Source: Owenia fusiformis (Eukaryota). Taken from it: a stretch of DNA of 64,000 bases. This document shows positions 1-16,932 of this stretch, piece by piece (position 1 is the first letter of the stretch; each line of letters begins with the position of its first letter). Below the pieces are notes generated by a model. It was not told the DNA's origin, ran no database searches, and worked only from the letters and a program-made list of their open reading frames with translations. The stretch spans positions 35,960,001 to 36,024,000 of the forward strand of contig CAIIXF020000001.1 of assembly GCA_903813345.2 (NCBI GenBank). Direction: 5' to 3'. Made by a program: the position numbers and the translations under genes.

Positions 1-95
1 ACCTGTCTATAGGTGTATAATGAAAATGATGATAACTATAGTAAGTAGCAGAAGGTTTTCGAAATGAATGAAGTGGATGAGCTACTCCCGAAGTA

Positions 96-391
96 CAGGG
101 TGTACCAAAAATGCAACCCACTTAACAAAGCATAACCAATAGAGTTTGACAATTTTTTCATCATAATTTATAAGTTGGTTAATGTTCTTTAAGTTGACAA
201 AGTTTCATCATTGTAGAATGTGTATGTCCCATTTGCTGTTCATTTGAAGAATGTGCTACAAATGGCTAACACTTCTCCACAGACAGACTTCCACATGCCG
301 TGTGAACTTAATTATGCTAAAAAAGATTTTGTTAAACTCTTGGTTAAAAAGATATGAATTGTTGGGTTGGTTGCATTTTTGGTACACCCTG
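96..391. mobile_element. Tc1/mariner-type MITE
   Basis: TIRs CAGGGTGTACCAAAAATGCAACC / GGTTGCATTTTTGGTACACCCTG with TA on both flanks; arm similarity extends inward. Confidence 0.85.
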
Positions 392-480
392 TAATTGGCA
401 CTCAACGAGTAAAACATTAAATATGGGGATAAAGCAACACTTGTTGCAATACTCGAAATACAAATAATGATGATTTTCAG

Positions 481-1730
481 GTAACAGGAGAAACTATTTC
501 CAAGGAATATGACTATTACGGTATAGTAGATTAGTAGAACGGCTAGAAAGAACAAGTGAAGAAGTAATGGGACAAGGAGGGGGGATAGAATTGGAAATGT
601 TTCCCTGGCTACGGTTCTTTGGAAATAGAGCCTATAAGGTTCTTGTGGAATATTTGCGTGTAAGAGATGATCTCTTTGGTCGTTGGATAACTGAATACAA
701 AAAAATTTAAAAAACTATTTTTATAGTAATGGAGAAGTTATCATATTTTATCAATAGCGTTGTTTGATAGTCTTGCCTCAAGACTCTGTAAGTGTACTTA
801 TTAGTCGTTGGGTGACCCCAAAAAACAGAACCCTCTAAAAGTGTAATTATTTCTGAAATACCTATCCCTATCAACCCAATCTTTTGTGTGCATTAACTAG
901 AATCTATTGATGATAATATGATATAGGCCTAAAGGTTGTTTCATAAAATTGATTATTTGTGATATCATGGGTGATCTTAGAATGTGTCCAATTTTCGGAA
1001 AATCAACATTTTGACAAAATCATATCTTGAGATTTTATGAGAAATTCAGAGAGAAATTCCAAAGAGGACGTAAGATCAAAGTCTAATTTAATATTTTAAT
1101 GAAAAATGAAGAATAATTAAGCAATGGTAAAAATCAGATGACTGAAATGCCTGGCCTCTGAGCAAGAACACCTCAAACGCTGTACAAAATTCAAAATTCT
1201 GAATTTTCAAGAAATCGTTAAGACAGCAGAATGATCAGTCAAGAGCACTATATGACATGCGGTATCAAAATCGGATATTTAAAAACGAGTTGAAAGAGGG
1301 AGAAAGGAGACCCTTTACAGTTAAACACCCGAATGGAAATAATGATCAGCTTTCCTATCTTGGGAGGTTTCTAGGAATGGGGTATGAGAACACCTGAAAG
1401 CACTATGTGTGATTGCATTGAACGTAGTTTCAAAAGCACCACTCAGAAGTTTCAACATTTATGATATAAGTGTTCTTTTCGTTACCATTATATCATGTAT
1501 ATTCTAGCTTCCTGCCATTCGGTGCTGGTAGACGGGTGTGTTTGGGTGAAAATCTTGCCAAAGCGCGGCTTTTTCTTATGGTGACATGCTTCTTACAAAA
1601 GTTCAAGTTCTATCCTGAGGAGGACAACAATATTCCTTCTTCTGATCCAAGGACATTCACTATGGGAATAACTTTGAGACCTCCACCATATACATATATA
1701 TTATACAGTATCATAAGATCATATATATAA
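481..1730 (+). pseudogene. Cytochrome P450 remnant (CYP17/CYP2-clan-like), frameshifted and missing internal exons
   Basis: The exon at ~481-700 follows a ttttcag acceptor and reads ...ELEMFPWLRFFGNRAYK..., typical of the P450 F-G region. It carries an 8-bp tandem duplication (tagtagat tagtagaa, ~524-539) that causes a frameshift and stops. The last exon at 1508-1730 has the heme motif FLPFGAGRRVCLGENLA, with AATAAA at 1781. No I-helix, ExxR or PERF exons are visible between the two. Confidence 0.75.
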
Positions 1731-1884
1731 TATATATATGTACAATAATATTATATCTACAATAATTGCAAAATTGAGAAAATAAACTAGTGTCGTGGTG
1801 TAGCAAATTTTACTGTGTCTTGAAGGATTACATTTAACAGGAATGATGCGCATGACAATTTCATGATTTTAACAGCTCAACGTA

Positions 1885-2095
1885 TGGCATGATTGGGGTA
1901 AGGTTTGATTGGGGTATGGTATGATTGGGGTAAGGGTTGATTTGGGTATGACATAATTGGGGTATGGTATGAATGTGGTAAGGGTTGATTGGGGTATGGT
2001 ATGATTGGCCAGATTTGGGTAAGGTTTGATTGGGGCATGGTATGATTGGGGTATGACATGATAGGGGTATGGTATGATTGTGGTGTGATTTAGAT
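1885..2095. repeat. G-rich minisatellite, ~16 bp unit (gattggggtatggtat / gattggggtaagggtt)
   Basis: About 12 degenerate tandem units are visible; they explain the repetitive ORFs at 1869-2174. Confidence 0.9.
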
Positions 2096-2235
2096 TAATG
2101 AGCACAACAGACAACGCTTCATCAGAGAGCGAGGGCCTTAAAATATAATACCCAGAGAAAATGAATCGGCCCATGTCAAGTTTAAATCAACTGATCACCC
2201 TTCTGCTAAATTGTGTTGTGATCCAGTAAAGATCA

Positions 2236-2733
2236 GGCTTTGTATAAAAACCTCCTACCTCATACCCACCTACCCACCTACGTTGGACATGATACAGTCT
2301 TTGAAGGGTTCAATTTTAGAGATCTTAGTTTATTAAATCTTAGTTTATGATGAATTATAGATGCATTTGTAACGACCCTTGATAGCATGTTGCTACTACA
2401 GCCCTGCTGGGTTCGATTCCCACTCGGGGCCTCGAGTTTAGCACACTTTCTTTCAATTTCTTTTTCTGGCTTGTTGGACCTATGCTCACAGTCGTTAGTT
2501 AGTTATTCCCCTGGGGTGCCCTCGGGTCATTACACATTACAATGCACCTATATGCCTTTATCTATGCATCTGTCATCCGTAGAGTCATAAAATAAAGCCC
2601 GAATTGTAGAAATGTTAATAATTAGAGCTATTTTGAGATTTAAAAATCTTTAAATTGAACCCTTCAATGACTGTATCATGTTCTTCGTAGATGGGTAGGT
2701 GGGTATGAGGTACGAGGTTTTTTATACAAAGCC
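2236..2733. mobile_element. Non-autonomous DNA transposon with ~90 bp TIRs
   Basis: aggctttgtataaaaacctc...gaagggttcaattt at the left end is the imperfect reverse complement of aaattgaacccttc...gaggttttttatacaaagcct at the right end. Confidence 0.85.
2368..2534. mobile_element. Solo-LTR-like insertion (TG...CA, 4-bp TSD) nested in a MITE
   Basis: Ends are TGTAACGACCC...GGGTCATTACA, with CATT duplicated at 2364-2367 and 2535-2538. There is an internal B-box-like GGGTTCGATTCCC. Confidence 0.65.
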
Positions 2734-3359
2734 TAATGCAAATCAATAACAAAGAATGATAACTTATTTTATCCCATTTTTAGTTGTGTATTTATTTCCC
2801 AAGAAAAAGAAAATATGGTAGATGTTTACTCCATACTTCTATTTTCCAAGCACATGTACATTCGTGTTCAAATAAATTAACCTGTTTGGTTTATTATCTG
2901 CACTTAAATTGAAGAGATAAAGGGAAAATTAAGAGCAAAATATAGTCATATATTATCATCACAACAATTTTGTTCTTTTTTAAAATAAATCTGAAATATC
3001 TGAAATATTATTCTAAATAATAATAATAAAAATAAGTTATTTTGCTGAGGGTTCAATGTGGAATTGAATAGATTGTCCTCAGTTCTTGACAAATATCCAT
3101 TTCATTAAATACTGTTTGATTACTTTTTGCAAATGACCAAGCAAAATGTGACACCATAAACAATACTTTATCATGCAAACTTAAACTCTGTAGAGCTTTT
3201 TTCTAAAACATTTCCAATGATAATTATGATACATCCCTCCAACATGTCCAAGGAAAAAGGTACATTTCTAACCATGTTAATGTATTGGAAATAATTTATT
3301 ACTTCAGTCTTTCCAGAAAATGTTAAAAAAACAATATTTGGTCATTTCAATCATTGAAT

Positions 3360-3642
3360 TCCTTTTACCTTTAAATGGTTAGGCGGAGATTTACACCAAT
3401 GGTTAGGGGGGCATATCTGTGATCTCGGAAATGAACAATGAGGTATCATTGGAAAGTTGTATTAGGTATCATTGGAAAGTTTATTCAATCCCCAGTATTA
3501 TAAGGGTTTATCATTTAAAGTCAAAACAAGGAAGAAAAGCCAGAAAGTTTCAGATCAAAAGACAAACTACAAAAACCTATTAACAAATACCTTAGGGGCA
3601 GGTTTTTCCCCACCACCCACCCCTAACTATTTAAGGGTTAAG
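3360..3642. mobile_element. Fragment of a piggyBac-like non-autonomous repeat; second copy inverted at 59762-60130
   Basis: The end atttaagggttaa matches ttaatccttaaac at 59762. Shared internal blocks are aaagccagaaagtt(t/c)c(a/g)gatcaaaa and tatcattggaaag. Confidence 0.6.
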
Positions 3643-4469
3643 AAGAAAACAAAAACTTTGTGCATGTTAAATGTACATTGTAGGCCAACTACAGCATGTT
3701 TACAATATTTACATGTTTCTCTTCAGTGAATCACAGGATGTGAACTAATGCTACATTACGGTTGAAAATTTGAACTGCACTTTTTAATAGATGATCCCAA
3801 CTTCACTCAATAATCCTCATCTTCAACTATTAATACATCATCATGGTATAGGTCTGACCAATAAAAGAACAAGTTGTCCAAGGCCTCAGCAAATTATAAA
3901 GTTTAAAGCTTTTGGATATCAAACTACTAATGTTGGTCTGTCTGTTCTATTAAGTTGAATTATAATTTCCAAATTCCATCTATTTTCAATAAAATGGTGC
4001 CTCAGTTATCAAAGTATAACATAACTGTGTTAAGTGCCCTGACTTCCATTTTAACATGTACCAAATCATCTCCTTCCATTTCAAGTGTGGAAATCTTGCA
4101 GAAAGACTTCATTAATATCGCAAAGACATATATCACAATGATAGATATATACTATTACAATTAACATTAATTTGCTGCATTCAGTCAAGTGAATTGTTGA
4201 TGCTTAACATAATTATTTCTCCTGAACTTTCAGATAAGCCCAGCTGATAGCTTATAATAAACATGTACATGTAAGTTCAAAACAACTTTCATGAAGGAAC
4301 AGTCTTGATAGTTTTTCATACACAAATATGATTTTGATTGTCCAACTTTTTCAAAAAGTAAAGGCATGTCGCATCTCTAAAAATATAATTTTTTGGACAA
4401 TGTTTAAGTTATCATTGATATTGCTTACATATATGTAATTATTATTGATATCATTTTTGACAGCACCTC

Positions 4470-5054
4470 TCAATAGACTAATACGCGATAGACGAAAACA
4501 TGGTCATTAACATAAATATCTCCCGCAATGCATCACTTCGAATGGGACAAATTTTCAATGGTCCGGTGATTAAACCAAATTCTCCCAACCTTAAAACCAT
4601 GTTTTCGCGTATTGTCGGGACGATAAAGGTCATACTAATTTCAAGTAACAACCCTCACAATTGATATAAGTCAAACATATAAAAACATGACATCAAACCC
4701 GCGTTATATACACAAGAACTCGCTTCTTTTTCATATCGAGTCATCGAGGCTCAGCTTCCGGTAACTAAGTCGGTGACGTCACCAAAGAACATTTCATGAT
4801 TATCGTCAGTTTCGAAAAATATTCGTGAAAACGCTTGGAAAATTGCCATAAGGACCTATATTTTTATCGATTGTGCAAATATCCGTGAAGAGGAATGTCA
4901 AATAATGCTGAAATGATGTGTTCAAAATCGGACTCAGTATATTTCAATGGAAAAAAACCCGGATGTAAAAAATCTGTTCTCGGAATTGGAGCTCTTCAAA
5001 AGGGGAGGTGAGAATATTGTTGTCATTCTGAACTATCGCGTACACCTCTATTGA
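4470..5054. mobile_element. Probable non-autonomous TIR element
   Basis: Imperfect TIRs tcaatagactaatacgcgatag / ctatcgcgtacacctctattga, with a CpG-richer interior. Confidence 0.55.
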
Positions 5055-5074
5055 TTATTCAATATATGTAGGTT

Positions 5075-5237
5075 TTTCAATCATTTATATCATTCTTCAA
5101 TCATTCATATCATCTTTCAATCAATCATATCATCTTTCAATCATTCATATCATCTTGCAATCAATCATATCATCTTTCAATCATTCATATCATCTTTCAA
5201 TCAATCATATCATCTTTCAATCATTTATATCATCTTG
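5075..5237. repeat. 20-bp tandem repeat (ttcaatcattcatatcatct), ~8 copies
   Basis: Direct 20-bp periodicity. Confidence 0.95.
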
Positions 5238-5780
5238 AACAAACAGTGTCCTTTGCAAATTTTCAAACAAAATAAACTATAAAAAAATTATGTTAAGAAT
5301 TTCATTTTCGCAATAATATAATATGAATCCTCACTAAGAGCGGATTTCAATAAAATGTCATGAGAATAGCACCCTGAATTCAGAGTAGTCAGTCATACCA
5401 GGCCTTCTTCCATTCTCTTTCATTGTCTTTTTGACAATAGCCCAGTTTACACGACACATAGCATTCCTTCTTGGATTAAACATTTTAGAAAAATCAATTG
5501 ATTTACACTTCCTTTGTAAAATGTTTTAATGCTAAGATGTCCTGCTATGGCTGGGGTCCTAAACCATTTTAGTCGAGTGCTAGAGCTTGACTCTGATTGG
5601 CTGATGTTAATGATTTTTGACGAACTAATGACTTGTTGAGCAAGCAGTATTCCCGGAGTATTCGTGAGGGTGAAAGAATAAACCAGGACTTTACAATAGT
5701 GTTTACAGTATGTCATGTGTGTTTAGCTAAGTCATTCTAAAAATATAATTCATCTAATTCTATCCTACAAGGAAGTGTTG

Positions 5781-9732
<3,952 letters not shown>

Positions 9733-10462
9733 TTATTACTGCAGTTTTACATGTATGTCATTTTATGTAACTAGGTACATTGAAGTTTATATTTTCATCA
9801 TCGCTCATTCATCGTTGTAATAAATAAGGAAGCCATCCTCCATTCACATGTAGGTGTTCTAAGATTTTGCAGGCCTTACTAATAGTGAATGTCTGGTCTG
9901 GGGTTTACATGTTTTTCAAGTCATGGTGTATGCTTGAGACCTTCAACTTCAGGAATTGCGCCTACTACCTGCAAGCAGAAAAACATCATTGGGAGTTGTT
10001 AATACTGCATAGTACTGTTCTCCATGATAATATTGATATCACCACCACCCTGACACAAATCAAATCACCCCAGGTTAGCTTCAACAATGCAGTCTCTCCA
10101 GGATTTTGTCTCAAGTGGGTGCAAAATTCTAAATCTCACAAATTACACCCCATTTGGACAAATTATTCCCTTTTTCATGATTTTTCTCATTTTCAAGTGG
10201 GTGCAAATGAATTCTCAGGTGGGTACAAGCCTATTTTTAAAATCTAATGTGGGTGCAGCGCCTATTTGCTTTAATGCTGGGGAGATCACTGCAAAAAAAT
10301 AAAAAATCACCAATATTTTATTATGTGCAGTCTGTCATTTAATATTTGTTTGAATAAAAGGCTTCAGGCCTAAAGTACAAATGTACATACTATGTTATAT
10401 AATTTATAATTGTATTAATTTTGGTTGCTTCTTAAAGTATATATTGGAGTTGTTCGATCACT

Positions 10463-10671
10463 TACTGTATAAATGGTATTTATCTGAGTGGCCAATTTGC
10501 AGAATGGTCAAATCTTATCATTTTCCTAATTTTAATTTTCCTAATGACAAGTAACTTCCCATTGGATAACATTATGAAGATAATATTTCCGTCATTTAAT
10601 TATCCAAACCTGGCAAAAAAATAGGTAATAGGCAAATTAAATGATAAGGCAAAATTACCACTCATACAGTA
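10463..10671. mobile_element. Small MITE
   Basis: Imperfect TIRs tactgtataaatggtattt / aaattaccactcatacagta. Confidence 0.55.
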
Positions 10672-11969
10672 CTAGTACTTAAGAAGTAAGAGATTGAAAT
10701 TTAAATCTCTAGACCTTGTCACAATATGTGTTAAAGTTAACATCAGATTCTAATCTCCTTGATCGAACAGATAAAATGTTTACCTGTCAAGCATAGGCCC
10801 TGATTTTATTGCAGAGTCTAATAAATTCTATATAATCTAGTAAGGCTCTATTATAAAAAACTGGGTCAAAGCTGACATCCTGGGAATAAACCATGATTGC
10901 ATGCAAAACATTCAAGTAGGTTTTATCCCTATACTATTCATTGGACAAAGCATAGTACTGTACACATATAAATAAAGAAATAAAGTTATAATATAGGACT
11001 GAAATAAGAAAAATAAGAAAAAACACTTCTGTAAAACGTATATACAATTATATGTGATTCCTTACATTTCTAAGAGGCAATGGTTTTTAATGAATATAAA
11101 GGGACAAATGCAAGTACATGTATTATGAAAAATATCAAAGGCAAGCAAGCCTCCATATATAGGAAGTGCATACTTAGGTCTACATGTATTACAGAATAAT
11201 TTGAAACACAATTCTTTACTTCAGTGACCCAAAATAAAAGTGCCACTTTGAGACACAAGGTGCCTTACAAATTATGAGTGTGGAAAATTGTTTTGGTTCT
11301 TCTTTGGTTTTTAAAAATTGAAACAAATATATGAATAATGTTATGAACATCACTTATATGAAAGTGGCAAATATATGAGCATTTATCAGACATTTCAAAG
11401 AAACGAAAAATGGGGGTTTTAGACAGGAATTCAGAGGTTCCTCCAAATCTCTGGAAATTTCCACATTCAGAAGGATTCCATATAAACATGCTGAAGTCCT
11501 ATATAGTATATAGGGCTATACTTTCCATAATTTAACCAATGAAATGATGCCAATGATGTTCAAAACATGGGGATATATTTGTAAGTGGCTAATTTCCAGG
11601 GCTCCATTATAAGTCAGCTTTTGCCAAGGAGGGTTCAGGGTTTGAAAATTACTAAGAGCGGGTTCAAATCTGACAATTTTGGCCAAAAATCACTTGAAAA
11701 GTGCTCAAAATGGTGAAAAACTGCATGATTTAATTTTTTGTCTGGGGAGATTTGACATTTTGGCTGTCAATCAATCTGAAAACTCCATGAACAAATATAA
11801 AATATCTGTATACTTTACTACTATCCATTTATTACTTGGATTATTATGCTACATGTACATGTATAATGGTTCATAAATCAAATCACATAGTTTTTAGTAA
11901 GATCTACTGTAGTATAATTTACATGTTGTGACAAAGTACCTTCTGTGTAATTTGGTGAGGCAGGGTCAC

Positions 11970-12505
11970 TGGTACTCACCTAGTTACGCTGACGATACGT
12001 CAGCGTAACAAGATGGAAGAACTTCCGTGCTTCGTTTTCGGTAAGACATTTTTATTTCTCGATTCTACACCACTTATAAGTCAAGTTGTGGACAATAATT
12101 TGGCTCAAAGTTAAGGAAGATAGTCTAGTTTGAGAATATACAGGCGGTTCTATATTTGGTATATTAACGAAGACGCAATTTACATATTTAGTCCCTCGCT
12201 TTTGTTACGTTGACGATCTTCATGAATATTGCCAATGTGACAATATTCATGAAGATCGTCAACGTAACAAAGGCGAGGGACTAAATATGTGAACTGCGTC
12301 TTTGTTAATATACCAAACATAGAACCGCCTGCATATTATCAAACTAGACTATCTTCCTTTACTTATTAGAGCCAAATTATTGTTCACAACTTGACTCATA
12401 AGTGGTGTAGAATCGAGAAATAAAAATATCTTACCGAAAACGAAGCCCGGAAGTTCTTCCATCTTGTTACGCTGATGTATCGTCAGCGTAACTAGGTGAG
12501 TACCA
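11970..12505. repeat. Long near-perfect palindrome (foldback element), ~260 bp arms, ~9 nt loop
   Basis: tggtactcacctagttacgctgacgatac... is mirrored by ...gtatcgtcagcgtaactaggtgagtacca; the centre is catgaatattg ccaatgtga caatattcatg at ~12221-12251. Confidence 0.95.
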
Positions 12506-13398
12506 ATGAAGGTGTCTTGAGCAGCAAAATAGACTATTATAGAACAAAAGGACCTTTTGAAAGCCAATGTCATAGACTAAATGCCTGGGTATAAAAGTAT
12601 GAACAAATGAGACAAGTGTGGGTTAGAAAGTCAGGAGAGGGCAGATAAAAAAAAATAAGATGGGTTTGGAAAGTGGAGGAATGTTTAAGATCTATAAGTG
12701 ATGGAATTGAGTAGAACTTTGTACAATTGAAAATAAGAAAATAAAGTGAGGAAGAAAATCATATAAAGTCTCAGCTTATATGTAGGAACTTTAGATCCAT
12801 TTACCAATAAAGGACATTGATCATAAAAGACATATAAGGTCAAAACAGACATTAATAAAGAACAATGGATAATAGGTCCTTTTCCCAACAATCGCACTTG
12901 GGGCAATCTGCGCGAGGTTCAATTTTGGTTTGCTTTTCTGCGCATGCACATTAAATCCAGCAATTTGATTTGTTCAAATTATTAAAACACAAGCGCAATC
13001 ATCATTATTTAATGCACCTTATATGCGGGAATATTATCATTTGGTACAAAAAGTACAAAAGGGTTCATCCAACAGGAGTGCATATACAGGGTGGTAAAAT
13101 GGAAACCCTGCTGCTATTCTCCTTTATCTTTATCATTTTAGGGATTTACAACCTGATATTTGGCATCTTTTGTACATCATTCAATTCTTCACCATTGCTT
13201 TGCACCTTCTTAAATATATCTTACATCTTAAAACAAACTGAGTAAAAACTGAACCTTGTGCAGATTACCCAACTCGACAATCGATCTTCAATGCCATTAT
13301 GTATATTGCTACCTTCACTGTCGTCACATACTTGTAAGTAGACAAATTTATCTCATGTAAATTTCATATTTTTCTGGGTCAAAGTACTTCACAGAATT

Positions 13399-14173
13399 AA
13401 CTAGACAATGGCAACTCTGCGGAGTAGCAAATCCCAACGAACAAAATATCAATTACCGAATTCCAATCAATTATACTCATTACTTTGGTTAAAATTGAAA
13501 AATTTTAATTTTAGAATTGCGAATTCCTGCAAAGCAGCCATTTTGAATTTTCTGAGGTACAAATCTGAAGAATAATACCATAATTGTGATCTACTCCAAA
13601 ATTCCTTCAATTTGAGTATAATATAGCCATACTTTGAAAGGATCAAAAAATTATTGCGAAATCGTACATTAGACGGCCATTTTGAATTTTACGAGGCTCG
13701 AATCAGAAAAAAGATACAATATTTGCAATCTACTCTTAATTGCCTTTCATTTGAGTATAATAAAGCTATACTTCAGAAAGATCTAAAAATTAGCGAAAAT
13801 TACTGTTTTCCTGACCCCCCATACACAGCCCCTGGGGGTCAGGATGAAAAACACGGAATATATGTGAAATAGATAGATGTTGCGAATATACTACCAAAAT
13901 TTCAAACAATAATATTAATTACTTTGGTTTAGAATGAAAAATTTATGGTTTTTGCGAAAAAGTCCCGTCATTTTTAAAGCGGCAGCCATCTTGAAAAATT
14001 TTTTTTTTGCGTACAACTATTCACCAATATACATCTTTCCACTAAATATGAAGAAAATCCGTCAACTCGTATTTGAGTTATCTTCCGGACGGACGGACGG
14101 ACGGACTGACTGACGGACTGACGGACGGAGGGCTTCACTATATCCCTACCGAACTTCGTTCGTTGGGATAATT
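13399..14173. mobile_element. Helentron/HINE-like non-autonomous element
   Basis: Starts aactag and has subterminal inverted repeats atcccaacgaa / ttcgttgggat. It contains two ~139-bp internal core repeats (13535, 13674) and a (GGAC/TGAC)n microsatellite at ~14086-14128. Related fragments appear at ~48790-48920 and ~60595-60760. Confidence 0.7.
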
Positions 14174-15541
14174 ATCCCACAGCTCAGTCTTCCCCCAAAA
14201 AAATTTGCTTTTTTCCAAAATTTTGCAAATACGATTGTGGATTTTGCGAATTAGAAATAGACTTCAAGATGTCCCTAGTCCTACTAGGGACATCTCGCAT
14301 ACCATTGAATAGATTGTCGCAGAATTTTGCACTCATGAATGTTAGAATTATGATGTTAGTTGGAGACCTACCCTTTATTTGACCAGCCCACTTCTTTCCT
14401 GTCTCACTTATACAGTTGAAATTGTAATTTTTGAGTTCTTAATTATCGTAAATCCTTCGTTCTATAAGTAAAATGTCCAAGCAATTTCAACTTAGAAATT
14501 CTGGTTCCTCTGGTCGTTATGCAAATCTATATAACACCAAGAAACGAAATTATTATAATAAGATTTTGATAAAGCTACAAAACGTGTAGCGAGATATCAT
14601 ATTCTTTTCATATGTTTTGTATACTAACTACAATGTATATGGGCCTAAGGCCTTAAATATATGAAATAAATACTATACAATACATATAATTTATATATAT
14701 TCATATAATTGTCCATTTATGTTATTAAACTAGTATTGAAATAATGATTTTGATTAGTTAAACACGCTATTAGTTTGACACACGCATGCGCATCAAGAGG
14801 ATTTTAATTTTCAAAATTAGTTCCAAATTTTTGACAAAAATCTCCCAATTACTCATGAAATACCAAATTACTTCACTAAAAACTTAGCAGAGTGCTTTCG
14901 GAGCATTCAAAGATAGGGTAGGTGCATAGTTTATCGCAGTTTGCTGCTGCGTCATTATAAATATAGGTACGCGTAATGGCCATGATATCATCATGGCCAT
15001 TGGGAAAGGCTAATTAGAAAGTAAGGATTTTACATAAAAAAATTGTGAAAAGAACATTCACCTGTTCAAGATGGTAGACTAATGAAATGAAATATTTCAT
15101 TTTAGCGATTTTATGCGTGAACTCAAGTAAAAAACTTCAAATTTCTTGCTTTTTTGCGTTTATATGACAGATTAGGAATTTTGACATCAAATTTTTACTA
15201 AATCACATTACGACCGCAGAAACGCAAATTTCTTTCGCCATGTTTGTTTGTTTGATTGTGAGAAGAATCTTTTGATAAAGTGTATAAAAAACAAGAAAAT
15301 TCAGTGAATTTATACATTTTACAAAACAAATCTTCTCACTAGTCTTTTCTAGGCACAAAAGTGCACTCTTTGTGCAAAACTGGTATATAGACAATGTGGG
15401 GAAGGAGTGATTCTTGTTTGAAAAATAACATGTGACTCAATATGAAGAATGCAGAAAATTTCCCATTATGCACCCTGACCTTAAGTGAGGAATTAAATCG
15501 GCGATTCTGTTGTCTTCTGTACTATATGTTCGCAAATATGT

Positions 15542-15786
15542 ATATTTTCTTAAACATTAACCAAACCTGTCTGGCCCAGTTATCTACTCCCGACCTCGTA
15601 GATCCCAGTGTTTTTTATGATGTTTATTCATTTATTAGAACGTATTATACATTGAAAAGACAGTGTGTTTTTTCCGGAGTAAATACCCCTTTTTTTGTTT
15701 TGCATTGGAGCTAGTCTGGCCCAGATCTACGAGGTCGGGAGTAGATAACTGGGCCAGACAGGTTTGGTTAATGTTTAAGAAAATAT
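15542..15786. mobile_element. MITE with ~63-bp perfect TIRs
   Basis: atattttcttaaacattaaccaaacctgtctggcccagttatctactcccgacctcgtagatc and its exact reverse complement at ~15724-15786. Confidence 0.9.
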
Positions 15787-15790
15787 TGTG

Positions 15791-16372
15791 CTAAATACCA
15801 CCTAGGTGCCCCACACCTAGGTGTCCCCATTGAAATGCCTTACTGGCATATTTTACTACTTTATTTCAAGATAACATTTTTCCAAGTGTTAATATGGTAC
15901 ATAATAAAGTATTTTCGCGGAACTTGTGTAAATATTTCTGTTTGTTTATGATATTTTTAATTGTCTTGAAAATTTTGATCGATGTCGAAAGTCATTTGTA
16001 AGAATAATATTTCATTATTTGCTCACTATAAAATGCTACAAATTCACTATTTTAGCAACAAGTATGAACAATATATATATTTCAAATATAAATGCACACT
16101 TTAGAATTTCAGCATTAATGGTGTTTTATTACTACAAATAAGTAACCATACATATGAGCAAAATTCCAGGTGCTCATTTTATAACAATAAAACTTTTTAC
16201 ATTTTATTTTCGAATCTTCTTTGCTATATTCTCGACTACAAATTATTATTTCAAGCCTATTCAATGTCAGGTCAATATGACGAAGGAAATAATACTATAT
16301 TCAAAATATGTACGAGGTTTAAAATGGAATTAGAAATCCAGGTGCCCAAGGGGACACCTAGGTGGTATTTAG
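15791..16372. mobile_element. Non-autonomous TIR element
   Basis: TIRs ctaaataccacctaggtg / cacctaggtggtatttag. Confidence 0.8.
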
Positions 16373-16483
16373 TAACACCCCATGGTAAGGCCCAAAAAGG
16401 ACTTGATATAACTTCCCGAGAATATAATAGCCAGCTTTACATAATAATGTTACAATCGAAAGAGTATTGATATATGCACTCAC

Positions 16484-16932
16484 CATTGATACCTGTTGAA
16501 TCAAAAGCACCAATGATGTTAGTAAATCTTCACAAATGTTCGTCAAAAATCCATCAAAAACTTTTGAACGTTAGCCGGAAGTGGACATGTGGACACATGC
16601 ATCAGCTCTAAAAATTAATAAAGCTTAGATTCAAATATAGAATAATTTTGTCATTTAGATATAGTGAAAAATGTTAGAAAATACATATTACGTTGAACTA
16701 TTACTGTATTTGATAAGGTATACACTATATCTAATATCTAATACATATAAAATAAATATGTACGAAGTGTGTTTGAAGGTGAAGGTTGAATGACGTCACG
16801 ACCCAGATTTTTGACTTTGTTTTCTCAAAACACAGCAAACTTTTGCTGTTTTTGTGTTTATATCACCGATCTAACGAAAATAATCGACTGTCGCCTTTAG
16901 AGTACATACTCAAAAATTATATTTTCGGAAGG
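16484..16932. promoter_or_regulatory. Putative bidirectional promoter shared by SLC35E2 and UBE4B
   Basis: A minus-strand donor GTGAGT at 16483-16478 suggests a non-coding SLC35E2 exon 1. There is an ETS motif CCGGAAGTG at ~16576 and a CRE TGACGTCA at 16791; the UBE4B ATG is at 16933. Confidence 0.5.

Noticed and set aside
1869..2174. Pro/Tyr-rich ORFs on the minus strand
   Set aside because: They are translations of the G-rich minisatellite.
2395..2435. Possible tRNA gene (GGTTCGATTCCC)
   Set aside because: Only a T-arm/B-box motif is present; no acceptor, D or anticodon stems could be folded.
14912..15484. Possible TIR element (agggtaggtgcata / tatgcaccctgaccttaa)
   Set aside because: The match is too short and imperfect to support boundaries confidently.
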